DNA of 64,000 nucleotides from an uncultured bacterium (GTDB taxonomy: Bacteria; Oederibacteriota; Oederibacteriia; Oederibacteriales; Oederibacteriaceae). Positions 38,227-47,241 of the stretch are shown here, one piece after another. Under the pieces are notes generated by a model. It saw only the letters and a program-made list of their open reading frames with translations. It was not told the DNA's origin and searched no databases. The DNA is taken from NCBI GenBank assembly GCA_965112635.1, contig OZ218778.1, forward strand, positions 1,024,001-1,088,000, in the 5' to 3' direction. Made by a program: the position numbers and the translations under genes. Within the stretch, counting starts at the first letter, position 1, and each line of letters begins with the position of its first letter.

Positions 38227-39177
38227 ATGCCCGTGAAAAAAATTTTACGAACGTCCTGCCTCTTGTTCCTGACCATAGTCCTCTTGGCCGGATGCCAGAA
38301 AAACCGCGGCTTGGATTCACAGGGTCCGGACAAGGAAGACATTTTGGCCATGGTCAACGGTGAACCCATCACCATGGAAGACCTTGATAACGAGAGGGAT
38401 TTGAGCCCTCTGCCCAAGCACTCCAGCGCGGCCAGGGCGGTCCAGGACATCAACCAAGCCCTTTTTGAGCAGCTCGTGGAAAGGAAGCTCCTCCTGCAGG
38501 AGGCCAGGCGCCGGCATATCCAGGTCAGCCCAGAAGAGGTCCAGGACGAGATCAGGGGCAGCGCGGGCAATCTTTCCCTGAACCAACTGCACCGGTTCCT
38601 GAGCGACCAGGGCGAGGATGTGCAGGAATGGCAAAAGCGGCTTTCGGAAGAATTGCTCATCAACAAGCTGCTGCAGGAGCTGACCAAGAAGATCACGGCG
38701 GTCTCTGCAGCGGAGGAAAAGGACTACTACGCCAAGCATGTTTCCACGGAGTTCAGGGAGCCGGCCAAGGTTAAAGTCAGGCAGATCCTGGTCCGGTCGG
38801 AGCGGAAGGCCGAAGCCGTCCTCAAGGAGCTCAAGAAAAAAGCGGATTTTGGCGATCTGGCAAGGGAAAAATCCCTTGCGCCTGATGCCAAAAAAGGCGG
38901 GGACTGGGGGTACTGCTCCTATGACGACCTTCCCGCGCCGCTGGCCCAGGTCATCTTTGACCTGGATCCCGGAGAGGTCAGCAAGCCGGTCAAAAGCGCC
39001 TACGGCTACCATATTTTCCTGGCCGAAGCGAGACGGAATGCCAGGGTCTTAACTTTCGAGGAAGCACAGGACACCATCAAGCAAAAGCTTTTGAATGAGA
39101 AAAAGAACGCCCTGATAGAAAAATTCCTTACCGAGCTTCCAAAAAATGCTAAAATCGAAATGTTAAAACCGCTTTAA
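38227..39177 (+). CDS. Parvulin-type peptidyl-prolyl isomerase lipoprotein (PrsA/SurA-like)
   Basis: Lipobox LLAGC; VNGEPIT; RQILV; GGDWG; SAYGYHI. Confidence 0.88.
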   Translation: MPVKKILRTSCLLFLTIVLLAGCQKNRGLDSQGPDKEDILAMVNGEPITMEDLDNERDLSPLPKHSSAARAVQDINQALFEQLVERKLLLQEARRRHIQVSPEEVQDEIRGSAGNLSLNQLHRFLSDQGEDVQEWQKRLSEELLINKLLQELTKKITAVSAAEEKDYYAKHVSTEFREPAKVKVRQILVRSERKAEAVLKELKKKADFGDLAREKSLAPDAKKGGDWGYCSYDDLPAPLAQVIFDLDPGEVSKPVKSAYGYHIFLAEARRNARVLTFEEAQDTIKQKLLNEKKNALIEKFLTELPKNAKIEMLKPL

Positions 39178-39205
39178 ATCTTTATAAAAAGAAGGCAGTG
39201 ACGAG

Positions 39206-40177
39206 ATGAAAAAACTGGTCCTCACTTTGGTTTTGGCCGTGGCCGTCGCCGGGTTCTGCCTGGCCGGAGCCGAGATCATCGACCGCATCGTGGCCAAGGT
39301 CAACGACAAGATCATCACACAGGGCGAGGTGGACGAGGCCTTGGCCAGCGTCCAGGTGGAAAAGGAAAAAAGCGGGGTCACCAATACGGCCAGGGAGCTG
39401 GACCGCAAGGAGGTCCTGGAAAAACTCATCGAAGAAAGGCTTTTGCTCCAGCAAGCCGGCCCTCTGGGCGTCCAGGTCAGGGACAAGGAGGTCGACGAGG
39501 CCGTCCGCGAGATCAAGCAGCGCTTCCCTAACCAGGACCTTTTTGAGCAAGCTCTGGCCAGGGAGGGGCTGAGCCCGGACGAGTTCAAAAACCGCATCCG
39601 CAACCAGATCATCGTCAAAAAAGTGGTGGACAAGCAGATCCGCTCCGCCGTCGAGATTACGGACGACGAGGCCGCGAAGTATTACGAGAAACATAAGGAC
39701 GAACTTAAAGAGCCGCAAAAGGTCCATATCCGGCATATCCTTATCAAGTCCGGGAAGGACAAGGCCAAGGCCCTGGCCAAGGCCCGCGAGGTCCAAGGGC
39801 TTTTGAAAAAAGGGAGTTCGTTCGAAAGCCTCGCCAAGGAATATTCGGACGACGAAGAGACCAGGGACAAGGGCGGGGACCTAGGGTTCATCAGCAAAGG
39901 GATGATCTTCCCGGAGATCGAAAAGGCGGCCTTTAAAGGCAAGGCCGGCAGCATGGCGGGGCCCGTGGAGAGCAAGCTGGGATTCCACCTGGTCCAGATC
40001 GTCGAGTTCGAGTCGGAAAAGACAAAGAGCCTTGACGATAGCATCGACGTGGAAGGGACCTCGGTGCCCATCCGCCAGTATGTCAAAAACATCATCCTGA
40101 CAGAAAAGGTCAAAGGCAAGCTGGACGACTGGGTCAAGGCCCTCAAAGAAAAAGCCATTATCGAAATGAAGAACTAG
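39206..40177 (+). CDS. SurA-like peptidyl-prolyl isomerase
   Basis: IIDRIVAKVNDKIIT SurA N-terminus; RHILI; GGDLGF; GFHLV. Confidence 0.88.
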   Translation: MKKLVLTLVLAVAVAGFCLAGAEIIDRIVAKVNDKIITQGEVDEALASVQVEKEKSGVTNTARELDRKEVLEKLIEERLLLQQAGPLGVQVRDKEVDEAVREIKQRFPNQDLFEQALAREGLSPDEFKNRIRNQIIVKKVVDKQIRSAVEITDDEAAKYYEKHKDELKEPQKVHIRHILIKSGKDKAKALAKAREVQGLLKKGSSFESLAKEYSDDEETRDKGGDLGFISKGMIFPEIEKAAFKGKAGSMAGPVESKLGFHLVQIVEFESEKTKSLDDSIDVEGTSVPIRQYVKNIILTEKVKGKLDDWVKALKEKAIIEMKN

Positions 40178-40192
40178 AACGGGAGAGAACCG

Positions 40193-40597
40193 ATGAGCCT
40201 TAAAAAATTGACAGCGCTGGTTCTGGCGGCCGCCCTGGCCCTGGCCGGGTGCGCTTCCACCCCCAAGAAAAAATCCAATATTATCGCCTACGAGGACATG
40301 GAAGGGACCATCTACCAGATCCCCCAGGCGGACAAGTTCCTGATCAAGACCGGACTGGGCAACGTGGTGGTCGTGGAAGTGACCGACGATACCGAATTTA
40401 AAAAGGACGGCGATGACAGCAAGTTTAAGGAGTTCAAGGAAAACGACTCCGTCAAGATCCACGGCAACACCGACCCGGAAAACCACGTTTTTGTCGCCGT
40501 CAGCGTAGAGACCGGCGAGGCCAAGGGCAAATCGGATTCCTTCACCTCACCGACAGACACCGGGCCTAACGGAATGCTGCCCGGACAGCATCATTGA
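40193..40597 (+). CDS. Lipoprotein, OB-fold-like
   Basis: Lipobox LAGC; beta-rich body. Confidence 0.65.
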   Translation: MSLKKLTALVLAAALALAGCASTPKKKSNIIAYEDMEGTIYQIPQADKFLIKTGLGNVVVVEVTDDTEFKKDGDDSKFKEFKENDSVKIHGNTDPENHVFVAVSVETGEAKGKSDSFTSPTDTGPNGMLPGQHH

Positions 40598-41454
40598 GAC
40601 GGTTCGCCCTTTATTACGTCCTGTTGTTCCTGACCCTTTCCCTGGGAGGCGTTTACCTTATCATCCGCGGAACGCTTTTGGACCAGAAGGTCCATCCCCT
40701 CAGGACCTGGGTCGAGGTCAAAGAGCTGCCCGTAGCCTGCAACTGGGAGGTCAGGCAGACCAGCGCCATGGCCAAGGGCTTTCGCCTCATCCTGCAGGAA
40801 GGGTACCGGGGGAAGAAAAGGACCATTTTCCTGCGCTGGCAAAACCCGGGCGAGCCGGCGGGAGCCAGGATTCTTAAGGAAAAATTGTTGAAAAGACCGG
40901 GCCGGGGCAAGATGCTGGTGGGGCGCAGTCATTTTCCCAACCCCATCATCGTGCCTAAGACGGCGAGAGTGCTCAAAATCTACAAGTGCAGGGCTACGGC
41001 CTACACGCCGGGAGCCACGGATAACAGCGGGCTGTATGCGGGCGTGACGGCTTTGGGCTGGCCGGCGGGTTACGGGGTGGTTGCCGTGGACCCCAGGGTG
41101 ATCCCGCTGCGCAGCCTGCTCTACGTGGAGGGTTATGGGTTCGCCTGGGCCGCGGACACCGGAGGGGCGATCAAAGGAGACCGGGTTGACCTGTGTTTCC
41201 CTTCCAAAAAGAAAACGGACGCTTACGGGATTCGTAAGACATACGTGTACCTGGTCGGGCGCAGAGGGGCCAAGGAACCCATCATGGCTTCGGCAAATCT
41301 TTTTGACCAGATCCGGACCGACCCCGGATCGCTCCCTTTGAAAAAGATAAAAGAGGGTCTGAAAAAAGAGGCCCTGAAAAAAGCCAAGCATAAAAAGAGC
41401 CGGACCAAGGCCGTTCCGACGCCGGGCCTGACTCCGGCAGGAGAAAAATCCTGA
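40594..41454 (+). CDS. 3D domain protein (lytic transglycosylase-like)
   Basis: ATAYT; [10 protein letters not shown]; [15 protein letters not shown]; N-terminal TM. Confidence 0.88.
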   Translation: MRRFALYYVLLFLTLSLGGVYLIIRGTLLDQKVHPLRTWVEVKELPVACNWEVRQTSAMAKGFRLILQEGYRGKKRTIFLRWQNPGEPAGARILKEKLLKRPGRGKMLVGRSHFPNPIIVPKTARVLKIYKCRATAYTPGATDNSGLYAGVTALGWPAGYGVVAVDPRVIPLRSLLYVEGYGFAWAADTGGAIKGDRVDLCFPSKKKTDAYGIRKTYVYLVGRRGAKEPIMASANLFDQIRTDPGSLPLKKIKEGLKKEALKKAKHKKSRTKAVPTPGLTPAGEKS

Positions 41455-41873
41455 TGTGGAAAAAGAAAAAGTGCTGGCATCCCATGCCGACCGTGGATAT
41501 GATCATTGAGAAGAACAAGGGCGTTGTCCTGGTCAAGCGGCGTTTCCCGCCGCTCGGCTGGGCGATCCCCGGAGGGTTCGTGGAGTACGGGGAGACCGTG
41601 GAGACCGCGGCCCGGCGCGAGGCCAAGGAAGAGACGGGTCTTACGCTTGTCGGCATGAAACAGTTCCATGTGTATTCGGACCCCAAGCGGGACCCCAGGC
41701 AGCATACCATCGCCACGGTGTTCACGTCCCGGGGCAAAGGAACGGTCAAGGGCGGTGACGACGCGGCAGAGGCCAAAGTCTTTTACGAGGGCAGGCTGCC
41801 CAGGCCGCTGGTGTTCGACCATCCCAGGATCTTGAGGGATTATTTCAAACAGAAAAAGAAGAAGCGCAGTTAA
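41454..41873 (+). CDS. NUDIX hydrolase
   Basis: [25 protein letters not shown] Nudix box; RDPR; GDDA; FDH. Confidence 0.92.
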   Translation: MWKKKKCWHPMPTVDMIIEKNKGVVLVKRRFPPLGWAIPGGFVEYGETVETAARREAKEETGLTLVGMKQFHVYSDPKRDPRQHTIATVFTSRGKGTVKGGDDAAEAKVFYEGRLPRPLVFDHPRILRDYFKQKKKKRS

Positions 41874-41892
41874 GAGTTAAGGCAGTGAGGTT

Positions 41893-42168
41893 TTGGCCAT
41901 ACTAGACGGGGAAGTAGCGGTGCCTTTAAAGCCGGCAATCCGCTTTAGCCGGGTCGAATCCCCGTTAGAGGCTCTGCCTGTTTTGCCCAGGACCTTTATC
42001 CCAGGCGTTGAAGGGGAGGCCCCAGGCAGCAAAAACTTACCAACCCCGCTAGGTCCGGAAGGAAGCAACGGTACGTAAGCCCTTTTGTCGTGTACTGGGG
42101 GCGCCGAACCTGAGCCCGGGATACGGGCACCGGCAGGACGGAATTGTCAAAGACGGGTGTATGGCCAA
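41893..42168 (+). ncRNA. ffs: Large (Alu-containing) signal recognition particle RNA
   Basis: Alu-like CTAGACGGGGAAGTAGCGGTGCC...GCAATCCGC; helix 8 AGGTCCGGAAGGAAGCAAC; terminal pairing TTGGCCATAC/GTATGGCCAA; directly upstream of dnaX. Confidence 0.93.
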
Positions 42169-42206
42169 TTTTTTCCCTGGATCAGGGTATCCAGGAACGA
42201 GGGGTC

Positions 42207-43934
42207 ATGAGCTACAAGGCGTTTGCGATACATTATAGACCGCAAAAATTAGAAGAGGTCGTGGGCCAGGATCATGTCAGCCAGACTTTAAGGAACGCGC
42301 TGGCAGCGGGACGAGTGCACCACGCTTACCTTTTCGCGGGGCCACGGGGAGTGGGCAAGACCTCCATGGCCAGGATCCTGAGCAAGGCGCTCAACTGTGA
42401 AAAGGGCCTAGGGCCGCAGCCCTGCAACGAGTGCCCCACCTGCCAGGAGATCACGCGGGGAGCCAGCATTGACGTGCTGGAGATCGACGCAGCCTCCAAC
42501 CGCGGGATTGACGACATCCGCGACATCAGCGACAGGGTCAAGTACGCGCCGGCCAAGAACCGCTACAAGGTCTACATCCTGGACGAAGCGCACATGCTCA
42601 CGGAGCAGGCCTTCAACGCTTTTTTAAAGACTTTGGAGGAGCCGCCGGCCCACCTCGTGTTCATCCTGGCCACCACCCAGCCGCACCAGTTCCCGGCCAC
42701 CATCCTGTCGCGCTGCCAGAGGTTCGATTTCCACCGCATCCCCCTGGAATTACTGGTCAAACAGCTCTCGGCCATCTGCGAAAAGGAAAAGATCGAGGCC
42801 GAGCCGGATGCCCTGGCCCTTTTGGGCCGCAGCGCCGAGGGGGGGATGAGGGACGCGGAGAGCCTTTTGGACCAGATGGTGGCGTATTGCGGGCAGAAGA
42901 TAACCCTGGCCGACACCATGCGGGTCCTCGGGCTCACGGGTCCGGAATTTCTGGTCCGGTTCACGGACACGCTGGTCAAAAAAGACGCCCCGGGAATGCT
43001 TAACCTCATCCACCAGATGATGGGAGAGGGCAAGGACCTGCACCATTTCATCCGGCAGTGGGTTGAGCACCTGCGGCAGCTTTTGATGCTGAATCTTGTG
43101 CCGGATATGGGCCGGGTCTGGGGCCTGCCCCAGAGCCATCTTGCTATTCTCAAGACCCAAGGTAAACAGTTTACGGAAGCCCAGCTGACCCGCATCATCG
43201 AAGAAGTCTACCGTTTGGAAGAGCATTTGGGCCGTTCGCCCTATCCGCAGATCCTGGTGGAAAATCTGGCCGTGAGGCTGACGCAGGGACACTGGGTGTC
43301 CCTGGGAGAAGTGATGGAAAAGCTGGAATCCTTAGGTCCGGGGATTGATCCGGGTGCCGCGGTCCAGCCTAGCCCTAGGCCGGCTTTAAAGAAGGATAAT
43401 CTACCGGCCAAACCGGAGGTTCCCGAAGAAGCCACCAGTGAAAATAACCAGGCTGACCTGACCATATCGGCGATCGAGGACGCACCTGACTCGGCGCAGC
43501 CTTTGACCTTGGACCGCATCCAGAACATCTGGCTCCAGGCCCTGGACGAGGTCCGGAAAGAGAACCTGGCTCTGCACGGGGTCCTGCGGGACGCCCAGCC
43601 CATCAAGCTTTTGGGCCAGCAGGTGGTGCTGGCGGTTAAGACCGTTTTCCACCGCACCCAGGTGGAAGAACGGCAGAACAAGAATGTCCTGGAAAAGGTT
43701 TTGACCGAAATCGTGAAGCAGCCGGTGACCGTGGCCTCGGAACTGCAAAGCCAGGCCCCAGACCGGCCCAGCGTGAAAAAACCGCCCGTCGATAACGCTC
43801 CGGAAAGGGCGCGGGTGGACCTGCAGGAGATCCTGAGTAAAGAGGCCAGTGTTAAAAAAGCGTTGGAGGTCTTTTCCGGGAGGGTGATCAAGGTGGAGAA
43901 ACAGACGCCGGATAAGCCGGCGAGGGAGGGCTGA
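42207..43934 (+). CDS. dnaX: DNA polymerase III subunit gamma/tau
   Basis: YRPQ; GPRGVGKTS; Zn-binding Cys; EIDAASN; ILDEAHML; SRCQRF; start moved to ATG 42207 after the SRP RNA. Confidence 0.96.
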   Translation: MSYKAFAIHYRPQKLEEVVGQDHVSQTLRNALAAGRVHHAYLFAGPRGVGKTSMARILSKALNCEKGLGPQPCNECPTCQEITRGASIDVLEIDAASNRGIDDIRDISDRVKYAPAKNRYKVYILDEAHMLTEQAFNAFLKTLEEPPAHLVFILATTQPHQFPATILSRCQRFDFHRIPLELLVKQLSAICEKEKIEAEPDALALLGRSAEGGMRDAESLLDQMVAYCGQKITLADTMRVLGLTGPEFLVRFTDTLVKKDAPGMLNLIHQMMGEGKDLHHFIRQWVEHLRQLLMLNLVPDMGRVWGLPQSHLAILKTQGKQFTEAQLTRIIEEVYRLEEHLGRSPYPQILVENLAVRLTQGHWVSLGEVMEKLESLGPGIDPGAAVQPSPRPALKKDNLPAKPEVPEEATSENNQADLTISAIEDAPDSAQPLTLDRIQNIWLQALDEVRKENLALHGVLRDAQPIKLLGQQVVLAVKTVFHRTQVEERQNKNVLEKVLTEIVKQPVTVASELQSQAPDRPSVKKPPVDNAPERARVDLQEILSKEASVKKALEVFSGRVIKVEKQTPDKPAREG

Positions 43935-43935
43935 C

Positions 43936-44244
43936 ATGGACATGATGGGCATGATGAAACAGGCCAGGGAGCTGCAGGCCAAGATGGCCAAACTCAAGGA
44001 CGAGTTGGGGGCCAAGACCGTGGAAGCCACCAGCGGAGGAGGGGCCGTCAAGGTCGTGGCCAACGGGCAGAACCAGGTGGTCAAGGTGACCATTGATCCG
44101 GCCCTTTTAAAGGACGCCGACGCAGGGATGCTAGAGGACCTTGTGCTGACCGCCGTCAACCAGGCCCTCAACCAGGCCCAGGAGCTGGCCGCCAAAGAGA
44201 TGACCAGGCTGACCGGCGGCATGCTTCCGCCGGGGCTTTTTTAG
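43936..44244 (+). CDS. ybaB: Nucleoid-associated protein YbaB/EbfC
   Basis: SGGGAVKV; MLEDLVLTAVNQA; dnaX-ybaB-recR synteny. Confidence 0.93.
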   Translation: MDMMGMMKQARELQAKMAKLKDELGAKTVEATSGGGAVKVVANGQNQVVKVTIDPALLKDADAGMLEDLVLTAVNQALNQAQELAAKEMTRLTGGMLPPGLF

Positions 44245-44246
44245 CC

Positions 44247-44846
44247 ATGTTCGAGTTTCCGCCGTCCTTACAAAAGCTTTTGGGCGAACTGCAAAAGCTG
44301 CCGGGGGTGGGACCCAAAAGCGCCCAGCGCCTGGCTTTTTATCTTTTAAAAAAACCCAGGCAGGAGCCCCTGAGCCTGGCCTCGTCCATTCAGGAGGCCG
44401 TGGCCAAGATCCGGAGATGCTCCCGGTGCTTCAACCTCACGGACAGCGACACCTGCAGTTTGTGCAACGACAGCGCCAGGGACGGCTCTCTTATATGCGT
44501 GGTGGAACAGGTGAGCGACCTGATGGCCATGGAACGCACCGGTCAGTACCACGGGCTTTATCACGTGCTGGAGGGCGCACTTTCACCCATGGAAGGCAAA
44601 GGCCCGGACGAGATCAGGATCTCGGAACTGCTCAAGCGGCTCCAAAAAAGCAAGTTCAAGGAAGTGATCCTGGCCATGAACCCGGATGTGGAGGGAGAGG
44701 CCACGGCGCTCTACCTGATGAAACAGCTCAAGCCGCTGGGTGTCAAGGTGACCCGGCTGGCTTACGGCCTGCCGGCCGGAGGCAACCTGGAATACGCAGA
44801 CGAAGTCACCTTAATGAGGTCGCTGGAAGGCAGACGCGAAGTCTAG
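44247..44846 (+). CDS. recR: Recombination mediator RecR
   Basis: LPGVGPKSAQRLA; C4 Zn finger; Toprim VEGEATALY; LEYADEVTL. Confidence 0.97.
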   Translation: MFEFPPSLQKLLGELQKLPGVGPKSAQRLAFYLLKKPRQEPLSLASSIQEAVAKIRRCSRCFNLTDSDTCSLCNDSARDGSLICVVEQVSDLMAMERTGQYHGLYHVLEGALSPMEGKGPDEIRISELLKRLQKSKFKEVILAMNPDVEGEATALYLMKQLKPLGVKVTRLAYGLPAGGNLEYADEVTLMRSLEGRREV

Positions 44847-44865
44847 AATTAATTCGGGAGGAAGA

Positions 44866-45570
44866 ATGAGCAAAAAAGGAAAAGGATCGACGATCAAGAC
44901 CGTTTCGGAGACCAGCATCATGGACGAGGTTTTTGAACTTTTGGAAAAGATTGTTCCGGAGGCCAGGCCGCGGGTCATCAGCTGGGTCTGCGCCAAGTTC
45001 AACATCCGCTCTTTGCCGCAAACCCACCTGGCCGGAACCCCGGGCAGGACCAGCGAGGGTTTTGCGCTGGCCCCCTCGGCCCTGGCTCCAAAGCCCCAAC
45101 CAGCCGCCAAGTCGAAACCCAGGCCGGCCCCGCTCATCAAGCAGTATCCGGTGGCTGAAAAGGCCGAAGAGTCTGTGGTGGACAAAAAAGAACTAGCCAA
45201 AGCCGCCAAAGATTTCAAGGACATCGCCAAGGCGGACAAAAAACAGGTCAGGCTCAAAGTTTCGGACCTCAAGGCGCACGACCCCAAGGATATGGTGTTC
45301 AGGGTCGCCTACCTTTTTTGCACTATGAGGAAAAATCTGCTGGGCTTGGAGCTGACCCCCAAGGAAACCCTCTACGAACAGATCAAAAAGCTCAAGGCCT
45401 TTGACGAGAACACCGAGGTTTTTATCCTGAACAATAATTTCCTGGTCAAGGAGAACGACAATATCCGCCTCACTCCGGCCGTGGAAGGCATGGCCCGCCT
45501 CATCATCAACGAGATACGGGACAAAAAGGTCAAGGGTGAGTGGAAGCCAAAGAAGGGAAAGAAGAAATAA
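44866..45570 (+). CDS. Hypothetical Lys-rich protein
   Basis: GGAGG RBS; host-like codon usage; helical N-domain, Pro/Ala linker, possible wHTH C-domain. Confidence 0.65.
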   Translation: MSKKGKGSTIKTVSETSIMDEVFELLEKIVPEARPRVISWVCAKFNIRSLPQTHLAGTPGRTSEGFALAPSALAPKPQPAAKSKPRPAPLIKQYPVAEKAEESVVDKKELAKAAKDFKDIAKADKKQVRLKVSDLKAHDPKDMVFRVAYLFCTMRKNLLGLELTPKETLYEQIKKLKAFDENTEVFILNNNFLVKENDNIRLTPAVEGMARLIINEIRDKKVKGEWKPKKGKKK

Positions 45571-45585
45571 GATATCCTGAAAACG

Positions 45586-45621
45586 AAAAAGCCCTTGGTG
45601 ATTTTCCGCCAGGGGCTTTTT
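45586..45621. terminator. Bidirectional intrinsic terminator
   Basis: AAAAAGCCCTTGG...CCAGGGGCTTTTT between convergent genes. Confidence 0.8.
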
Positions 45622-45645
45622 GTTTTAATAAACTAACGGGAAAGG

Positions 45646-46557
45646 TCAGCGGGTCACGTATTTTTTGAATTTCTCGAACTTGTCAAAAGGGCGCTTGTCC
45701 ATGGACACGCGGCCGTATTTTTTGAGGACCATTTTTTCCTGGCCGGTCGGTTCCAACAGGTAACTGGAGGGAGTGAACTGGTCCAGGCGGATGCCCTGTT
45801 TCTGCAGCTTATGGAACCTGCTGCGGATGGCCGGGAGCGAAAGCTTGTGATGGCTGGCCAGGCGGTAAGTCCAGCCCATGCCAAAGCAGGGCATATCCAC
45901 CCGGGCCGTGAGCGTGTGAGCGTAGACCGAAGTCAGGGTTTTCAAAATGGTGGCAAAGGACTCCGGGAAAAGGTTGTAGTTGTCCGTGTGGATGCTGAGG
46001 ATGCCCCGGGGCGTCAGCCGACGGGAGGTCAGCTGGTAGAACTCCCTGGTGTAGAGCATTTTCGAGGGGCCGTGGGGCTCGGTCAGGTCCACGATAAGGC
46101 AGTCGAAACGCTCGGGGTGCCGTTCCAGATAGGCCCGGGCGTCCTCGTAAACGATAGCGATCCTGCGGTCGGCCAGGGCACGGCGCACGGCCGGGTAATG
46201 CTTGCGGCAAAAATCCACCACTCCCTTGTCGATCTCAACCATGAGGATGCGGCGGAGAGACCTGTGCTTGGCCGCCTCTTCTAGGCCGAAACAGTCCCCG
46301 CCGCCGATGATGCAGACGCTCTTGGGGTCGGGGTGGGCCAGTAGGGGAGCGTCCACCAAGTATTGGTGGTAGCGGTCCTCATCCATCTCGGAAATTTGGA
46401 TCTTGCCATCCAGGAAAAGAAGAGTGCCCAAGGTCTTGTTCTTCCAGATTTCCATTTTTTGATAATGTGTTTTCCCGGCATAAAGCCTGTCGCCGGAATA
46501 GGTGTGCCCAAAGTCATCGGTCACCCATTCAGTATGCGGATGTCTGGCTGCGGCCAC
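45646..46557 (-). CDS. speE: Polyamine aminopropyltransferase (spermidine synthase)
   Basis: YQKM; LFLDGKIQ; IIGGGD; VEID; EDA; IVDLTEP; LYTREFY. Confidence 0.88.
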   Translation of the reverse strand: MAAARHPHTEWVTDDFGHTYSGDRLYAGKTHYQKMEIWKNKTLGTLLFLDGKIQISEMDEDRYHQYLVDAPLLAHPDPKSVCIIGGGDCFGLEEAAKHRSLRRILMVEIDKGVVDFCRKHYPAVRRALADRRIAIVYEDARAYLERHPERFDCLIVDLTEPHGPSKMLYTREFYQLTSRRLTPRGILSIHTDNYNLFPESFATILKTLTSVYAHTLTARVDMPCFGMGWTYRLASHHKLSLPAIRSRFHKLQKQGIRLDQFTPSSYLLEPTGQEKMVLKKYGRVSMDKRPFDKFEKFKKYVTR

Positions 46558-46671
46558 GAGGTCGCTCTCCTTTTTTCAAAAAATCGATTCGATTTAGTGG
46601 TGCATTTTAGCACTCCGGAACTCGAGCGCAAGGGGTATTTTAGCCCTTTTGGGTCCGGAAGACGGAGCCCC

Positions 46672-46713
46672 GATATATTGACATATTTAGATATCGTGAT
46701 ATGATAATATATC
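46672..46713 (+). promoter_or_regulatory. Promoter with overlapping inverted-repeat operator for the ArsR regulator
   Basis: TTGACA(46678)-N16-TATGAT; arms GATATATTGACATAT and ATATGATAATATATC match 13/15 as inverted repeats. Confidence 0.7.
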
Positions 46714-47049
46714 ATGAAGAAGAAAACCGGAGCCATGAACAGGGCAGAACTCGGAGCCATGTTTTTCAAGGGTTTTTCAGACCCGACGAGGCTGTCCATC
46801 CTCGAATACCTGAGCGAGGGGGAGCGGTCCGTGAACGACATCGCCAGCCACCTGGGGATGCGCCAGTCCTGCGTGTCCAACCACCTGGCCTGCATGAGGC
46901 ACTGTCATTTTGTCACGGCCCGGCAGGAAGGCCGGAAGGTCTATTATAGCGTACAGCATCCGGACATCCGGAGCATCCTCAAGCTAGGCGAAAGAATCGT
47001 CAAGCAACACGCCCTGGAACTGGCGCGCTGCACCAATCAGATCAAATGA
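46714..47049 (+). CDS. ArsR/SmtB metalloregulator, CmtR-like (start 46714 leaderless, or 46735)
   Basis: FSDPTRLSIL; SNHLACMRHC (CxxxC in recognition helix); EGRKVYY; C-terminal Cys (ARC). Confidence 0.9.
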   Translation: MKKKTGAMNRAELGAMFFKGFSDPTRLSILEYLSEGERSVNDIASHLGMRQSCVSNHLACMRHCHFVTARQEGRKVYYSVQHPDIRSILKLGERIVKQHALELARCTNQIK

Positions 47050-47074
47050 AACAATAAGCGGGAGGTGATAACGA

Positions 47075-47104
47075 ATGGGTCCGAAGAAACCTTGTGGTTG
47101 CTAA
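47075..47104 (+). CDS. Putative 9-aa Cys peptide MGPKKPCGC
   Basis: GGGAGGTGA SD 6 nt before ATG; 25 nt after the ArsR stop; followed by a hairpin and a terminator. Confidence 0.5.
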   Translation: MGPKKPCGC

Positions 47105-47160
47105 GTGTTAAAGAATTCTAGCCATAGGCTCAAAACGTTATGGCTGGAGGGAATATAAAC

Positions 47161-47219
47161 CTACCCCGGGTCAGCCACCTTTCCGTCCCTTCCAGGATGA
47201 CCCGGGGTAGCTGTTTTTA
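47161..47219. terminator. Probable bidirectional terminator
   Basis: 13-bp stem CTACCCCGGGTCA/TGACCCGGGGTAG followed by CTGTTTTT; between convergent units. Confidence 0.65.
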
Positions 47220-47241
47220 TGCTCTTGCTTGTTTTATACCG

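Noticed and set aside
41893-42206. ORFs 41893-42078 and 41877-42068, and the dnaX extension from 42144
   Set aside because: They overlap the SRP RNA
47075-47219. Cys-sensing attenuator leader or selenocysteine readthrough for MGPKKPCGC
   Set aside because: No co-oriented gene lies downstream to attenuate, and the stop is TAA, not TGA
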